DNA of 64,000 nt from an uncultured Candidatus Saccharibacteria bacterium (GCA_964373915.1 CAYJWP010000001.1:51860-115859); one strand, 5' to 3'; positions 34,304 through 44,231 are shown, counted from the stretch's first letter. The notes: generated from the sequence alone by a model not told the origin. A program made the numbers and translations.

Positions 34304-35267
34304 AATATAAAAGCCCGCCCTTTGGCCTTGTTGGATAAAGGTCGGGATCAATAGTTCTCTCAAAGCAAACTTGGCCTTTATTGTGTTCCCAGTTCTGTTG
34401 ATTAGGGTCGCCACGATAGAATTCTTTTGCCGGCACTGGGACAGCTCTATTATTATCGCTCATGCCTAAACTAGCCGTCCTAAAACCAGCGCACAGTTCA
34501 AAAGAAAGAAACTTGCCGACAATAATATTATACTCATAATCAGCTCCCGTTTCTGGGTCCTTAGGCGCAATAAAGCCGCTAATACTGTCTGTTAAATCAA
34601 CCAAATTAGCGGGCAATTTATTCTTGTTCATCCAATAGTTGATAATTTGCCCCTGAATATTCTGCAGATCATTAATTCTCTGCTCATCAATTCGTACCTG
34701 TCTTTGATAAAAAGGGGAGCCAACAACAACAAATCCGGCAACTATCACCGCTAAAATAACAACGGAAACCGTCCAAGCTAGAATTTTAGGCAAACTGGAT
34801 GCTGGAAAACGCCTTATTTTTAAATCCCAAATATAATAACCAAAAACCGAACCAGCGGTAACAAACACCGCCAAAACCTTTAGAAGAAAACGAGCGGTTA
34901 ATTCGCCGCTTAAAAAATTGTAAACCAAACCGACTAAATCGCCAATAATGATTAATGAAGCAACGAAAAGAGTAAAATAGATGAGCCACTTTCTTAGTTT
35001 TAATTCTCTTTTTTCGGGATGTAACTTAAATTCTTTGGCTAAAAGCCACGAAGTCAAAATATAAACGGGAAAAATAACTATCAGCGCCGCCGTTGATTGG
35101 CGGATTGTGTTTAAAATTCCCTGATAATAAAAACCAAGCTGGTCGGGAAAAAGAACGTTTATATACTGAAAAAGCAGGGCCACAAAACTGCCGGCGCTGG
35201 CATAAAGCGCCGCTATCATTAACAAATGGACAAAAATCTCCTTGGGAGACGTCTTTAAATTCATCAC
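34302..35267 (-). CDS. hypothetical polytopic membrane protein (about six N-terminal TM helices plus a C-terminal soluble domain)
   Basis: Hydrophobic helices throughout the N-terminal 200 aa. C-terminal Cys pair 'FELCAG...GQVCFER'. Confidence 0.5.
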   Translation of the reverse strand: MMNLKTSPKEIFVHLLMIAALYASAGSFVALLFQYINVLFPDQLGFYYQGILNTIRQSTAALIVIFPVYILTSWLLAKEFKLHPEKRELKLRKWLIYFTLFVASLIIIGDLVGLVYNFLSGELTARFLLKVLAVFVTAGSVFGYYIWDLKIRRFPASSLPKILAWTVSVVILAVIVAGFVVVGSPFYQRQVRIDEQRINDLQNIQGQIINYWMNKNKLPANLVDLTDSISGFIAPKDPETGADYEYNIIVGKFLSFELCAGFRTASLGMSDNNRAVPVPAKEFYRGDPNQQNWEHNKGQVCFERTIDPDLYPTRPKGGLLY

Positions 35268-35293
35268 AGCATTATATCATACATTGATTTAGT

Positions 35294-35506
35294 TTATCTC
35301 CCTTTCTTAAAACAATGCTCCATCCCATTGGGATGAATAAAGATAAACCCGGAATGTGGGTCATCGGGACTGCTTTCATGGGCGCACTCCTCGCCGCCAT
35401 TTTTTAATTGCCATACAGACTTAGCTCCGGGAGAAGCCAGAGCGGCGGAATAAATTAGGACCATTCCCAACAAAACCATCGCCCACAAACTTGATATTTT
35501 AATCAT
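35294..35506 (-). CDS. possible small secreted His/Cys-containing protein (70 aa)
   Basis: Signal peptide 'LWAMVLLGMVLIYSAALASP' then 'CAHESSPDDPHSGFIFIHPNGMEHC'. Confidence 0.35.
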   Translation of the reverse strand: MIKISSLWAMVLLGMVLIYSAALASPGAKSVWQLKNGGEECAHESSPDDPHSGFIFIHPNGMEHCFKKGR

Positions 35507-35566
35507 TTATTTAAGATAACAAAGCCAATAAAATAATTCCAGACCTCTTCAAAGGCGATCGGGAAT

Positions 35567-35998
35567 TTATTTTTCTTTAATTAACCATAAAGAAATTAGG
35601 CCAGTGATTGGCAACTGCAGTAGAGGGCTTAACCCCAAGCCGAAAACCACCGGCATTAAATCGCTATAAGACCACTGCCTCATAATATAGACCCCCTTTA
35701 TTTCAATAAAAATAGCAAAAGCTAACGCCAACAAAATAAAACCGGCCGCTTTTAACAAATTCAAGCCCGCAAACCATTTTAAATCTCTCCAGATAGCCGC
35801 GCTAATTAAAAACACCGCTGCCAACATCAAGGCATCTATAACAGAGACATAAGTAATCAAAGCGAGATAATCTTTAATTGTAAAATCAAAAAAACTCTGT
35901 CCCGCATGGCCCTGATACAAATAAACGGCATGCCAACTCTCCCAGAAGAAGTTCAATAAAAAAACCGAAGTGGCAAAAACCACAAATTTATATCCCAT
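35567..35998 (-). CDS. hypothetical membrane protein (four TM)
   Basis: Hydrophobicity pattern only. Confidence 0.45.
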   Translation of the reverse strand: MGYKFVVFATSVFLLNFFWESWHAVYLYQGHAGQSFFDFTIKDYLALITYVSVIDALMLAAVFLISAAIWRDLKWFAGLNLLKAAGFILLALAFAIFIEIKGVYIMRQWSYSDLMPVVFGLGLSPLLQLPITGLISLWLIKEK

Positions 35999-36002
35999 GT
36001 TT

Positions 36003-36209
36003 TTATTTTTCCATCTTCAAGTGAATCAGCGTCCCTATGCCAAAAGCAACCGAAACCAGCAGCAAGGCAATAGTATCGTTGTAGAGATGTTCTAAAGAGA
36101 ATGGATTAACGCCTGCTTTCCAAGCAGCAAACCAAAAGAACAAAAGAGCCAATAACCCGATAATTCCTGCGACTGCAGAAATACCATGTAAAATTGGTGA
36201 CCATTTCAT
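36003..36209 (-). CDS. hypothetical small membrane protein (two TM, 68 aa)
   Basis: Hydrophobicity pattern. Tandem with the upstream membrane protein. Confidence 0.4.
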   Translation of the reverse strand: MKWSPILHGISAVAGIIGLLALLFFWFAAWKAGVNPFSLEHLYNDTIALLLVSVAFGIGTLIHLKMEK

Positions 36210-36291
36210 GTTTTTTTATTAATCAATTATTTAACGACCTTTGAAAATAACTTTCTTTATTATATCCTATCATGCTTGGTGATTAAACGTG

Positions 36292-36362
36292 TTGCCAGAG
36301 AAGGAATCGAACCTTCATACTGGGCTTCAAAGGCCCATGTCCTACCATTAGACGACCTGGCA
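36292..36362 (-). tRNA. tRNA-Gln (anticodon TTG)
   Basis: Minus strand. Acceptor TGCCAGG/TCTGGCA (with a G-U pair), D-arm GTCT-AATGGTA-GGAC, anticodon stem TGGGC/GCCCA with loop CTTTGAA, T-arm GAAGG-TTCGATT-CCTTC. Confidence 0.85.
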
Positions 36363-36383
36363 ATAACGGCACATTATAACATA

Positions 36384-37478
36384 TTATTTCAAATTTTCTA
36401 TAATTGCCACCTCTAACGGCACGTGGGGAAAGGGAGAGTAGCGCATCTCGCCATAAGCTCTTATCAGAGATTTTATCAAAGCAATGTTTTTGTCGGCAGG
36501 GATAAGCTGGGAGTATCTTTTGAGAGACTCCAGCTCCTCTTTAGTCAGCTCTCTAGCAAAAACAGCCTCCAAATCCGAATCCATTTTTAAAGACAGCGCC
36601 CGCCGCAAATAGTGGATTAATTCTTTATTAAGATCGGTAACGTTAGCGCCGCTCTCGGTCAAAGCCGATAAAAATTTCAAAGCGCTCTTAAGGTCGGAAG
36701 CGGCTATATAACCAACTAGCTCGGCCACTCTTCTCGATCCCACCCGGCCAATAATGCTCTCCACGCTCTTTAAGTCTGGGTTGTCTGTCAGAGAAGTTAC
36801 CTGGTCCAGAATAGATTCGGCGTCCCGCAAACTGCCCTCGCCCGCGGCGGCTACCAATTCCAAAGCGTCATCCGTAATTTTAATCTTTTCCTCTTTAACA
36901 ACTTTTTTTAGTTTATCCAAAATATCACTGAGAGCTATTTTTTTTAAATGAAAGCGCTGGGCGCGGGAGACAATCGTCGGAGGCACTTTTTCATATTCAG
37001 TGGTCGCTAAAATCATAATAACGTGCTCCGGAGGCTCCTCCATCACTTTAAGCAAAGCATTGAAAGCTTCTTTGGTTAACATATGAGTTTCGTCAATAAT
37101 AAAAACTTTGCGACGGCAGGAAGAGGGAGAGACGCGAATGCTGTCTTTCAGGCTGCGAATCTCGTCTATGCCACGATTGGAAGCGGCGTCTATTTCCACC
37201 ACATCCAGAGCCTTGCCGCTGTCTATTGCTTGGCAGACAGAACACTTATTGCACGGCTCGCCCCGCCAGCGCAGATAATCTTCCGACAAACAATTGGCCG
37301 CTTTAGCAATGAGACGGGCAGTAGTGGTCTTGCCGGTGCCTCTAGGGCCATAAAAAAGATAGGCGTGGGAGAACCTATTCTTCTTGGTGGTGTTTTTAAA
37401 AACCTCAACTAAATAGCTTTGGCCAACTACCTCGCCAAAAGAGCGCGGCCTATATTTGCGATAAAGTGCTAATCCCAT
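36384..37478 (-). CDS. dnaX: DNA polymerase III subunit gamma/tau (short form)
   Basis: 'YRPRSFGEVVGQ', 'LFYGPRGTGKTTTARLIAKAANC', Zn module 'CNKCSVC', 'VFIIDETHMLT'. Confidence 0.9.
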   Translation of the reverse strand: MGLALYRKYRPRSFGEVVGQSYLVEVFKNTTKKNRFSHAYLFYGPRGTGKTTTARLIAKAANCLSEDYLRWRGEPCNKCSVCQAIDSGKALDVVEIDAASNRGIDEIRSLKDSIRVSPSSCRRKVFIIDETHMLTKEAFNALLKVMEEPPEHVIMILATTEYEKVPPTIVSRAQRFHLKKIALSDILDKLKKVVKEEKIKITDDALELVAAAGEGSLRDAESILDQVTSLTDNPDLKSVESIIGRVGSRRVAELVGYIAASDLKSALKFLSALTESGANVTDLNKELIHYLRRALSLKMDSDLEAVFARELTKEELESLKRYSQLIPADKNIALIKSLIRAYGEMRYSPFPHVPLEVAIIENLK

Positions 37479-37524
37479 ATTAGTTGTTATAATACTAAAG
37501 TATTTAGAAAACAGAAAATTAATT

Positions 37525-38220
37525 ATGCCTTACGATAAAATATTAGATTTAGTAGAATCTAAACAGCTGGACATTACCGCTGTCAGCTTATCAGAGATTA
37601 CCAGCGATTTTTTGGACTATGTGCGTAATTTGAGGGAGCCGGCCAGCCGGCGCAGCGATCCTCATGTTTTAGCTGATTTTGTGGCTGTGGCCGCCAAACT
37701 ACTACTCATCAAATCCAAGGCTCTCTTGCCCTCTATCCAACTTTCCCAGGAAGAAGAGTCTGATATTAAAGAATTAGAGGAGCGTTTGAAAATTTACCAG
37801 CGGTTTCGATTAGCCAGCCATCACCTTAAAAATATTCTTGAGACAGAAAACCGCTCTTTTGCCCGACCGTATCTTATTGGTAGCGGCGTTCTTTTTCGCC
37901 CGCCAAAAAAGATTGCCGCCATCCAACTATGGCAGAGCGTAACTTTAGCGGCAGAAAAAATAGGCAGAGACATCGGTAACTGGCAAAAAAATCAGGAGTT
38001 GGTGAAAATTAAAATAATTTCCATAGAAACCAAGATTAAAGAGTTGATGGTCAAATTCACCCAATCGTTAAAAAGCCGAAAGTTCAGCCAACTGATTAAA
38101 GACCGCACCAAAAGTGAGATGGTTGTTGTTTTTTTGGCCGTCCTCCACCTATTAAAAGAAAATAAAGTGACCATCAGCCAACAGAGGCCTTTCCAAGAAA
38201 TTTATGTTGAAAGAGTTTAA
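37525..38220 (+). CDS. scpA: segregation and condensation protein A
   Basis: Typical ScpA length and N-terminus 'ILDLVESKQLDITAVSLSEITSDFLDYV'. Followed by scpB. Confidence 0.85.
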   Translation: MPYDKILDLVESKQLDITAVSLSEITSDFLDYVRNLREPASRRSDPHVLADFVAVAAKLLLIKSKALLPSIQLSQEEESDIKELEERLKIYQRFRLASHHLKNILETENRSFARPYLIGSGVLFRPPKKIAAIQLWQSVTLAAEKIGRDIGNWQKNQELVKIKIISIETKIKELMVKFTQSLKSRKFSQLIKDRTKSEMVVVFLAVLHLLKENKVTISQQRPFQEIYVERV

Positions 38221-38725
38221 TAAGGAAAATCTATCAGCCCAAATAGAAAGCCTGCTTTTTATTCATGGCGAGCCTTTGAAAATCAGCCAGCTGGCTGAAA
38301 TTCTTGAAACCGACGAGGCGGCTATTATAAAAGCCGCTTATGCAATAGTTGAAGAATTAAAAAAGGCAGAAAGGGGGTTAATTCTAATTAATGCCGGTGG
38401 CTCTCTGCAGTTAGCAACCAAACCGGAGCTTGCCCCACTAGTCAAAAAATTCGCTCAAAAAGAATTGGGATCGGAGCTGACACCGGCCGCTTTAGAAACA
38501 ATATCCATTGTGGCTTATACTGGTCCCATTTCCAAAGAAAAAATAGAATTCGTCAGAGGGGTTAACTCTTCTTACACTATAAGAAATCTTCTGGTACGCG
38601 GCCTAATAACTCAAAATAAAAATCTTTTTGAGGTAAGCGCGGATCTCTTACGCAACTTGGGTCTAACCGATATCAGTCAACTGCCAGATTATGAAAAGTA
38701 TAAAAATTTGGCCCAACGGGAATGA
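38204..38725 (+). CDS. scpB: segregation and condensation protein B
   Basis: Winged-helix ScpB 'IESLLFIHGEPLKISQLAEIL'. Overlaps scpA. Confidence 0.85.
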   Translation: MLKEFNKENLSAQIESLLFIHGEPLKISQLAEILETDEAAIIKAAYAIVEELKKAERGLILINAGGSLQLATKPELAPLVKKFAQKELGSELTPAALETISIVAYTGPISKEKIEFVRGVNSSYTIRNLLVRGLITQNKNLFEVSADLLRNLGLTDISQLPDYEKYKNLAQRE

Positions 38726-39543
38726 ACTCCAGATTTTTTTTATTTTCTTTAGCCTTGGTGGCTATAATTCTTATCAGCAACAATCCCCGAGATGGCAGCA
38801 GGGAGATTCTTACTAACAAGCAGATACAAGCCACTAGTGTCAGAGCCGAGTACCAGACGCCAGAACCCCGACAATTGATTGCCAGCATTCCGGATCCACC
38901 CATAGATCTTCACCTTCAATCTGCCTCAGTTAAAAATCTCGGTACTAATTTTTATTTCCTGGAAATTAATACCGACCAGCAATGGCCCATAGCTTCTCTG
39001 ACTAAATTATTAACAGCGGTGGTAGCTCTAGAAAATAAAGAGGCTGACATCCAGGTAATCGATGGGCTGGTGAAGATGATGATGATTATTTCTAGCAACA
39101 AAGCGGCGGAGCGGCTAGCGAGTCTAAAAAATCGGGAGGAGTTCATCCAAAAAATGCAGGCAAAAGCAGTTGATTTGGCTATGAACCACACTGGTATTTT
39201 TGACCCAACCGGTCTATCATTTCTTAATCAATCCACCGTCCGAGACCTGGAAAAATTGATTGGCTATATCATTAAAAACCATCCCAAAATTCTGCAATTC
39301 AGCCGAGAAAAAGAAATAGACGTCAATGGACAAAAAATAGCAAATATCAATCGTTTTGCGGGCCAAAGTAATTTTATGGGGGGCAAAACCGGCTACACCG
39401 ATGAAGCCAGCGGCAACCTTATTTCTATTTTCCAATACCAGGGACAACCGATGCTGATAATCGTTTTGGGAACAACTGACAAATTGGAGCGCTTTGCGCA
39501 GACGGAAAAACTCTTCCAATGGATTTCCAAATTTTACAATTAG
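38722..39543 (+). CDS. D-alanyl-D-alanine carboxypeptidase (peptidase S11, PBP5-like)
   Basis: 'SLTKLLT' (SxxK), 'SSN', 'KTG' motifs. Signal peptide. Confidence 0.8.
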   Translation: MNSRFFLFSLALVAIILISNNPRDGSREILTNKQIQATSVRAEYQTPEPRQLIASIPDPPIDLHLQSASVKNLGTNFYFLEINTDQQWPIASLTKLLTAVVALENKEADIQVIDGLVKMMMIISSNKAAERLASLKNREEFIQKMQAKAVDLAMNHTGIFDPTGLSFLNQSTVRDLEKLIGYIIKNHPKILQFSREKEIDVNGQKIANINRFAGQSNFMGGKTGYTDEASGNLISIFQYQGQPMLIIVLGTTDKLERFAQTEKLFQWISKFYN

Positions 39544-40571
39544 TAAAAACTTTAGGCATCACGGTGGTCTCTTTCGCTATCGCTCTAGGCCTAACACCAA
39601 CGCTAACCCTTCTCCTGCGCCGCTATCAGATGCACAAACAGATCAGAACCAGCGATAGCGCGCCGATCTTTTCCCAACTGCACAAAAAAAAGGCGGGGAC
39701 GCCAACCGCCGGCGGTATTATCATCTGGGTAACAGTATTGGGACTGGCTTTTATTTTTTGGCTGATGAATATTATGTTTGACCAAGTTTGGAGCTATCTC
39801 AATTTTGTTGACCGCGCCCAAACTTATTTACCGTTAGCGGCTATGTTTATCGCCGCTGGCCTCGGCTTATCGGATGATATTTTAGGAATAATGCGTATTG
39901 GCCCTAGGGGCGGGGGACTGCAAGTCAGCCAAAAAATCATCTTGTATTTCTTTGTCGCTCTCATGGGCGCTCTCTGGTTTTATTATCGTCTAGACTGGGA
40001 TGTTATTCATGTGCCTTTTTTTGGTAATTTTGTTATTGGCTGGTGGTACATACCATTTTTTATTTTTGTTCTTACTGCCAGCGCTTTTTCGGTCAACGAA
40101 ACTGATGGCTTGGATGGCTTAGCCGGCGGCGTACTCTTATTTGCTTTTACCGCCCTGACGGTCGTCGCTTTTATTCTTGGCCGTTTTCATTTAGCCGCTT
40201 TTGGAGGCGCTGTTGTCGGAGGCCTGCTGGCTTTTTTATGGTTCAATATCTATCCGGCAAGATTTTTTATGGGGGACACTGGCTCTATGGCTCTCGGCAT
40301 TACCTTAGGCACGATAGCCATGCTCACTAACACCGCCCTGCTGTTGCCGTTTTTTGCTATTATTCCGGTGATAGAATCGCTCTCGGTTATAGTCCAAATG
40401 TCCAGTAAAAAACTTCGGGGAAAGAAAATCTTTCTCTCCACCCCCATTCATCATCACTTTGAAGCCATCGGCTGGGAGGAGAGCCAAATCACTATGCGCT
40501 TTTGGATTATCTCTTCTATTTTCACCACGCTGGGGCTGGTAATATTTTTCTTAGATCGCTTTTTGAGCTAG
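39519..40571 (+). CDS. mraY: phospho-N-acetylmuramoyl-pentapeptide transferase
   Basis: 'GTPTAGG', 'NETDGLDGLAGG', 'MGDTGSMALG'. Confidence 0.92.
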   Translation: MDFQILQLVKTLGITVVSFAIALGLTPTLTLLLRRYQMHKQIRTSDSAPIFSQLHKKKAGTPTAGGIIIWVTVLGLAFIFWLMNIMFDQVWSYLNFVDRAQTYLPLAAMFIAAGLGLSDDILGIMRIGPRGGGLQVSQKIILYFFVALMGALWFYYRLDWDVIHVPFFGNFVIGWWYIPFFIFVLTASAFSVNETDGLDGLAGGVLLFAFTALTVVAFILGRFHLAAFGGAVVGGLLAFLWFNIYPARFFMGDTGSMALGITLGTIAMLTNTALLLPFFAIIPVIESLSVIVQMSSKKLRGKKIFLSTPIHHHFEAIGWEESQITMRFWIISSIFTTLGLVIFFLDRFLS

Positions 40572-40580
40572 AATTCACTT

Positions 40581-42014
40581 GTGCTTCTTATTAAAAACGT
40601 CAAGATAATTGACGGCACCGGCAAACCCGCTTATCCGGCAGATGTTTTGGTCAGCGGTGATAAAATATCCGCCATTGGCAATTTTCCCAGCAAGAAATCC
40701 GACGAAACTATTGAAGGCCTCGGCGGCTATTTAACCCCGGGCTTTATTGATATCAACACGGACTCCGACCACCAACTGACGCTTTTCACCAATCCCGGTC
40801 AGGAAAATTTTCTCTTGCAAGGAGTGACCACCATCATCGGCGGCCACTGCGGCTCTTCGCTGGCGCCGCTTCTTTATGGCTCACTGGAATCAATCCGCAA
40901 GTGGACCGACACTGACCAAGTCAATGTTGATTGGTTAAGCTTTGAAGAGTTCTTAAACGCCCTTAGAAAAAAACGGCTGGGCGTTAATTTTGGCAGTTTG
41001 GTGGGCCACTCCACCATTCGGCGAGCCTTGATAGGCGAAGATAAGCGCGATCTCACAGAAAAAGAAATGAAAATTTTTATGGTTTTAGTGCGCGACTCAC
41101 TAGAACAGGGGGCGTTGGGTTTTTCTACCGGCCTTGGTTATGCCCATTCCCGCCAAACGCCATATAGAGAAATCAAAAGCCTTGTCGGCCTTTTAGCTAA
41201 TTATAACGGTGTTTATACCACCCATCTGCGAGATGAAAAAACAGATGTTTTCAACTCTGTTAATGAAACATTAAAAATATATAAAGAAACCGGCGTGAAG
41301 ACGGTTATCTCCCACTTCCGGCCTCTGATTGGCTTTGAGAAAAATTTTGAATCTGCTATGGAATTGATAGAAAAAAGCGCTGATCGCATGGACTTTCATT
41401 TTGACGTTTACCCTTTTAACACCAGCATTGTTCCCATTTATACCCTTCTGCCTCTTTGGGCCCAGAAAGGCGGCTTAGCGGAAATGTTGGCCGTTATTAT
41501 TGACCCTAATCTTCAAAAAAATATCATTAAAGAATTACCCAGATTTAAAAACGGCGACCTGACAATTGCCTATTCTCCGGCCAATAAAATACTTGCCAAC
41601 AAAATCATTGCCGATAAAAAAGAATTGCTGGAAATTATGATAGCGACCGGCTTGCGGGCCTTGGTCTTTTATAAAAATATAGATTACAAGCGATTAGAGG
41701 AGGCTATTTTTTCTGAAAAATCTCTTATTGCCTCCAACAGCGGCGGACTGGGGGAAAGGGCAACCAGCACTTTTACTAAATTTCTGGAACTGGCGTCTAT
41801 CCGCAAAGATTATCCTTTAGAGGAAGCTATTAAAAAAATCACCTCATCGCCGGCGGCTAAGTTTAATATTAAAAACAGAGGATTTGTTAAAGAGGGCGGC
41901 CAAGCCGATTTAGCGGTTATTCTTAATAATAAAATTCAGCACGTGATAGTTAACGGCATCATAGCCGTCCGCAATGGTAAGTACCAACAATCTCTAGCCG
42001 GAAAAGTTATATGA
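40581..42014 (+). CDS. amidohydrolase-family protein (D-aminoacylase / N-acyl-D-amino-acid deacylase-like) in the position usually held by murD
   Basis: 'LLIKNVKIIDGTG...ADVLVSGDKISAIG...GGYLTPGFIDINTDSDH' (the usual HxH replaced by 'NTDSDH'), 'GGHCG', C-terminal 'GQADLAVI...VIVNGIIAVRNGK'. GTG start. Confidence 0.7.
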   Translation: MLLIKNVKIIDGTGKPAYPADVLVSGDKISAIGNFPSKKSDETIEGLGGYLTPGFIDINTDSDHQLTLFTNPGQENFLLQGVTTIIGGHCGSSLAPLLYGSLESIRKWTDTDQVNVDWLSFEEFLNALRKKRLGVNFGSLVGHSTIRRALIGEDKRDLTEKEMKIFMVLVRDSLEQGALGFSTGLGYAHSRQTPYREIKSLVGLLANYNGVYTTHLRDEKTDVFNSVNETLKIYKETGVKTVISHFRPLIGFEKNFESAMELIEKSADRMDFHFDVYPFNTSIVPIYTLLPLWAQKGGLAEMLAVIIDPNLQKNIIKELPRFKNGDLTIAYSPANKILANKIIADKKELLEIMIATGLRALVFYKNIDYKRLEEAIFSEKSLIASNSGGLGERATSTFTKFLELASIRKDYPLEEAIKKITSSPAAKFNIKNRGFVKEGGQADLAVILNNKIQHVIVNGIIAVRNGKYQQSLAGKVI

Positions 42015-43129
42015 TTTTTAGCAAGAAATTAAGGCGGATTAGAAGGCGGGGGAAAAATGATTATCTGATTATTTTCTGTTTAATTTTTCTAGTGGTGGTT
42101 GGCATAGTTATTTTATCCAGCGCCTCATCCAATATTGGCAAAACAAAATTTGACGATAGTTATTATTATCTTAAGCACCAGTTAATGTTTGGCTTTAGTA
42201 TAGGCCTGTTAGGATTTTTTATAGGCTCTTTTTTCTATTATCGTTATTTAGAAAAAATAGCCGTCCCCATGCTGCTCTTCAGTATTTTTTTATTAGCTCT
42301 AGTTTTTACCCCTTTAGGGATACAAGCTGGCGGAGCCGAACGCTGGTTGGAGTTGGGGCCTATTTCTTTTCAGCCGTCAGAGATTCTTAAAATTTCCCTT
42401 GTCGTTTATCTAGCCGCCTGGTTAAGCAAAAGAAGGGATAGGGTTTCTAGTTTTACCAGAGGCCTTTTACCGCTGTTGGTGGTTGTCGGAACAATAAGTT
42501 TTCTTCTCCTTAAACAGCCCAGCACTACTTCAGCGGCCATTTTTATAGCCATTTCCATGATTGTTTATTTTGTCAGCGGCGCCAGACCTCTTTATATTGT
42601 CACTATAGTTTTAATGGGCCTGTTAGTCTTAGGCGCGACTATTTATCTCACACCCTACCGTTGGGAAAGAATTCAAGCATTCTTAAATCCGGAGGCTAAT
42701 CTGCAGACCAGTGGTTATCACATCAACCAAGCGTTAATCGCTATCGGCAGCGGCGGGTGGTGGGGTGTTGGTTACGGCCAGTCCAATGCCAAAATTCTTT
42801 ATCTGCCGGAGCCGATAGGGGATTCTATATTTGTCATTATTGCTGAAGAACTAGGTTTTGTTGGAGTTTTGGCTGTAATAGGAATATTTGCCTTATTAGT
42901 AATGAGAATTTTTTTGATTGCCGGCAAGGCCAGAGATAAATTTGGCCAACTGCTCTTAATTGGTTTTGGCTCATTGATAGCCATTCAGGTTTTTATTAAT
43001 ATCGCCTCCATTTCCGGCGTTATTCCTCTTACCGGCGCCCCCTTGCCCTTCATCAGCTATGGCGGCACCGCGCTAGCGGTTTTTATGACTATCGCTGGCA
43101 TTATTAACAATGTCTCTAAGTACAGTTAA
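42011..43129 (+). CDS. ftsW: SEDS-family peptidoglycan glycosyltransferase FtsW/RodA
   Basis: Ten-TM SEDS protein with 'GGAERWLELGPISFQPSEILKI'. Confidence 0.9.
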   Translation: MIFSKKLRRIRRRGKNDYLIIFCLIFLVVVGIVILSSASSNIGKTKFDDSYYYLKHQLMFGFSIGLLGFFIGSFFYYRYLEKIAVPMLLFSIFLLALVFTPLGIQAGGAERWLELGPISFQPSEILKISLVVYLAAWLSKRRDRVSSFTRGLLPLLVVVGTISFLLLKQPSTTSAAIFIAISMIVYFVSGARPLYIVTIVLMGLLVLGATIYLTPYRWERIQAFLNPEANLQTSGYHINQALIAIGSGGWWGVGYGQSNAKILYLPEPIGDSIFVIIAEELGFVGVLAVIGIFALLVMRIFLIAGKARDKFGQLLLIGFGSLIAIQVFINIASISGVIPLTGAPLPFISYGGTALAVFMTIAGIINNVSKYS

Positions 43130-43139
43130 TATAAAACCC

Positions 43140-44231
43140 ATGAAGCGCATCTTGCTTACCGGAGGAGGTAGTGGAGGACATGTATTTCCTCTGATAGCCG
43201 TGGCTAAAGAAATTAAAAAAATAGCTGTGGATAAAAATATGGAGGTAGAATTAAGATATTACGGCCCTGCCGATATTTATTCCGGCTACATAACCCAAGA
43301 GGAGATAAAGGCCTATTCTGTGGCGGCATCTAAACTGCGCCGTTATTTTTCTTGGAGAAATTTTATTGATGGGTCCTTGTTTTTAATCAGTCTTTTGCAA
43401 GCGTTATTTAAAGTTTACTGGTTTATGCCCGATATTGCTTTTTCTAAAGGGGGACCGGGAGCTTTGGCCGTTCTTTTTGCCTGTCGTTTTTATCGTATTC
43501 CCTACATTATCCATGAATCGGATTCTATTCCCGGCTTGACCAACACGCTTTCCGCTAAAAAGGCTTTGGTGGTGGAATTGGCTTTCCAATCGGCAAAAAA
43601 ATACTTCCCCAATAAAGAAATAAAAATGGTTGGTAATCCCATTCGCCACGAACTTTTAAATTATGTCAGTTTGGATTCTGCCGGCGCCAAAGGCAGATTA
43701 GGATTAGAAATCGATCGGCCCCTGATTCTTGTAATGGGGGGATCGCTAGGGTCGGTTAGAATCAACCGGTTCATTTTTGAAAATCTTGAGCAGTTTTTAA
43801 AAAAATATCAAATCATCCACCAAACAGGCACCGCCAATTATGAAAACTATGCTCAGCAAGAGCAAAGATATTACAAACCATTCGCTTTTTTGGAGAAAAA
43901 TTATGGAGAGATTCTAGCGGCCAGCGATTTAGTTGTCAGCCGCGCCGGCGCTGGAACTATTTTTGAGTTGGCGGTTTTCGGCAAACCAGCAATTCTGATT
44001 CCCTTACCCGAATCAGCTAATAATCATCAAAAAACCAACGCTTACGAGTATGCCCAAACTGGCGCCGCCGAGGTCATTGAAGAACCCAACCTGCTTGCTA
44101 ATGTAGTTCTAGGAACCATTGATAAAATCCTTAGTAATCCCAACGAACAACAAAAAATGCGCCTCGCCGCCCTCAATTTTGCCAAACCAGAGGCGGCCAA
44201 GATGATAGCGGGGGATATACTTGACATGTAA
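43140..44231 (+). CDS. murG: UDP-N-acetylglucosamine--N-acetylmuramyl-(pentapeptide) pyrophosphoryl-undecaprenol N-acetylglucosamine transferase
   Basis: 'ILLTGGGSGGHVFPLIAVAKE'. C-terminal GT-B domain. Start at ATG 43140. Confidence 0.9.
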   Translation: MKRILLTGGGSGGHVFPLIAVAKEIKKIAVDKNMEVELRYYGPADIYSGYITQEEIKAYSVAASKLRRYFSWRNFIDGSLFLISLLQALFKVYWFMPDIAFSKGGPGALAVLFACRFYRIPYIIHESDSIPGLTNTLSAKKALVVELAFQSAKKYFPNKEIKMVGNPIRHELLNYVSLDSAGAKGRLGLEIDRPLILVMGGSLGSVRINRFIFENLEQFLKKYQIIHQTGTANYENYAQQEQRYYKPFAFLEKNYGEILAASDLVVSRAGAGTIFELAVFGKPAILIPLPESANNHQKTNAYEYAQTGAAEVIEEPNLLANVVLGTIDKILSNPNEQQKMRLAALNFAKPEAAKMIAGDILDM

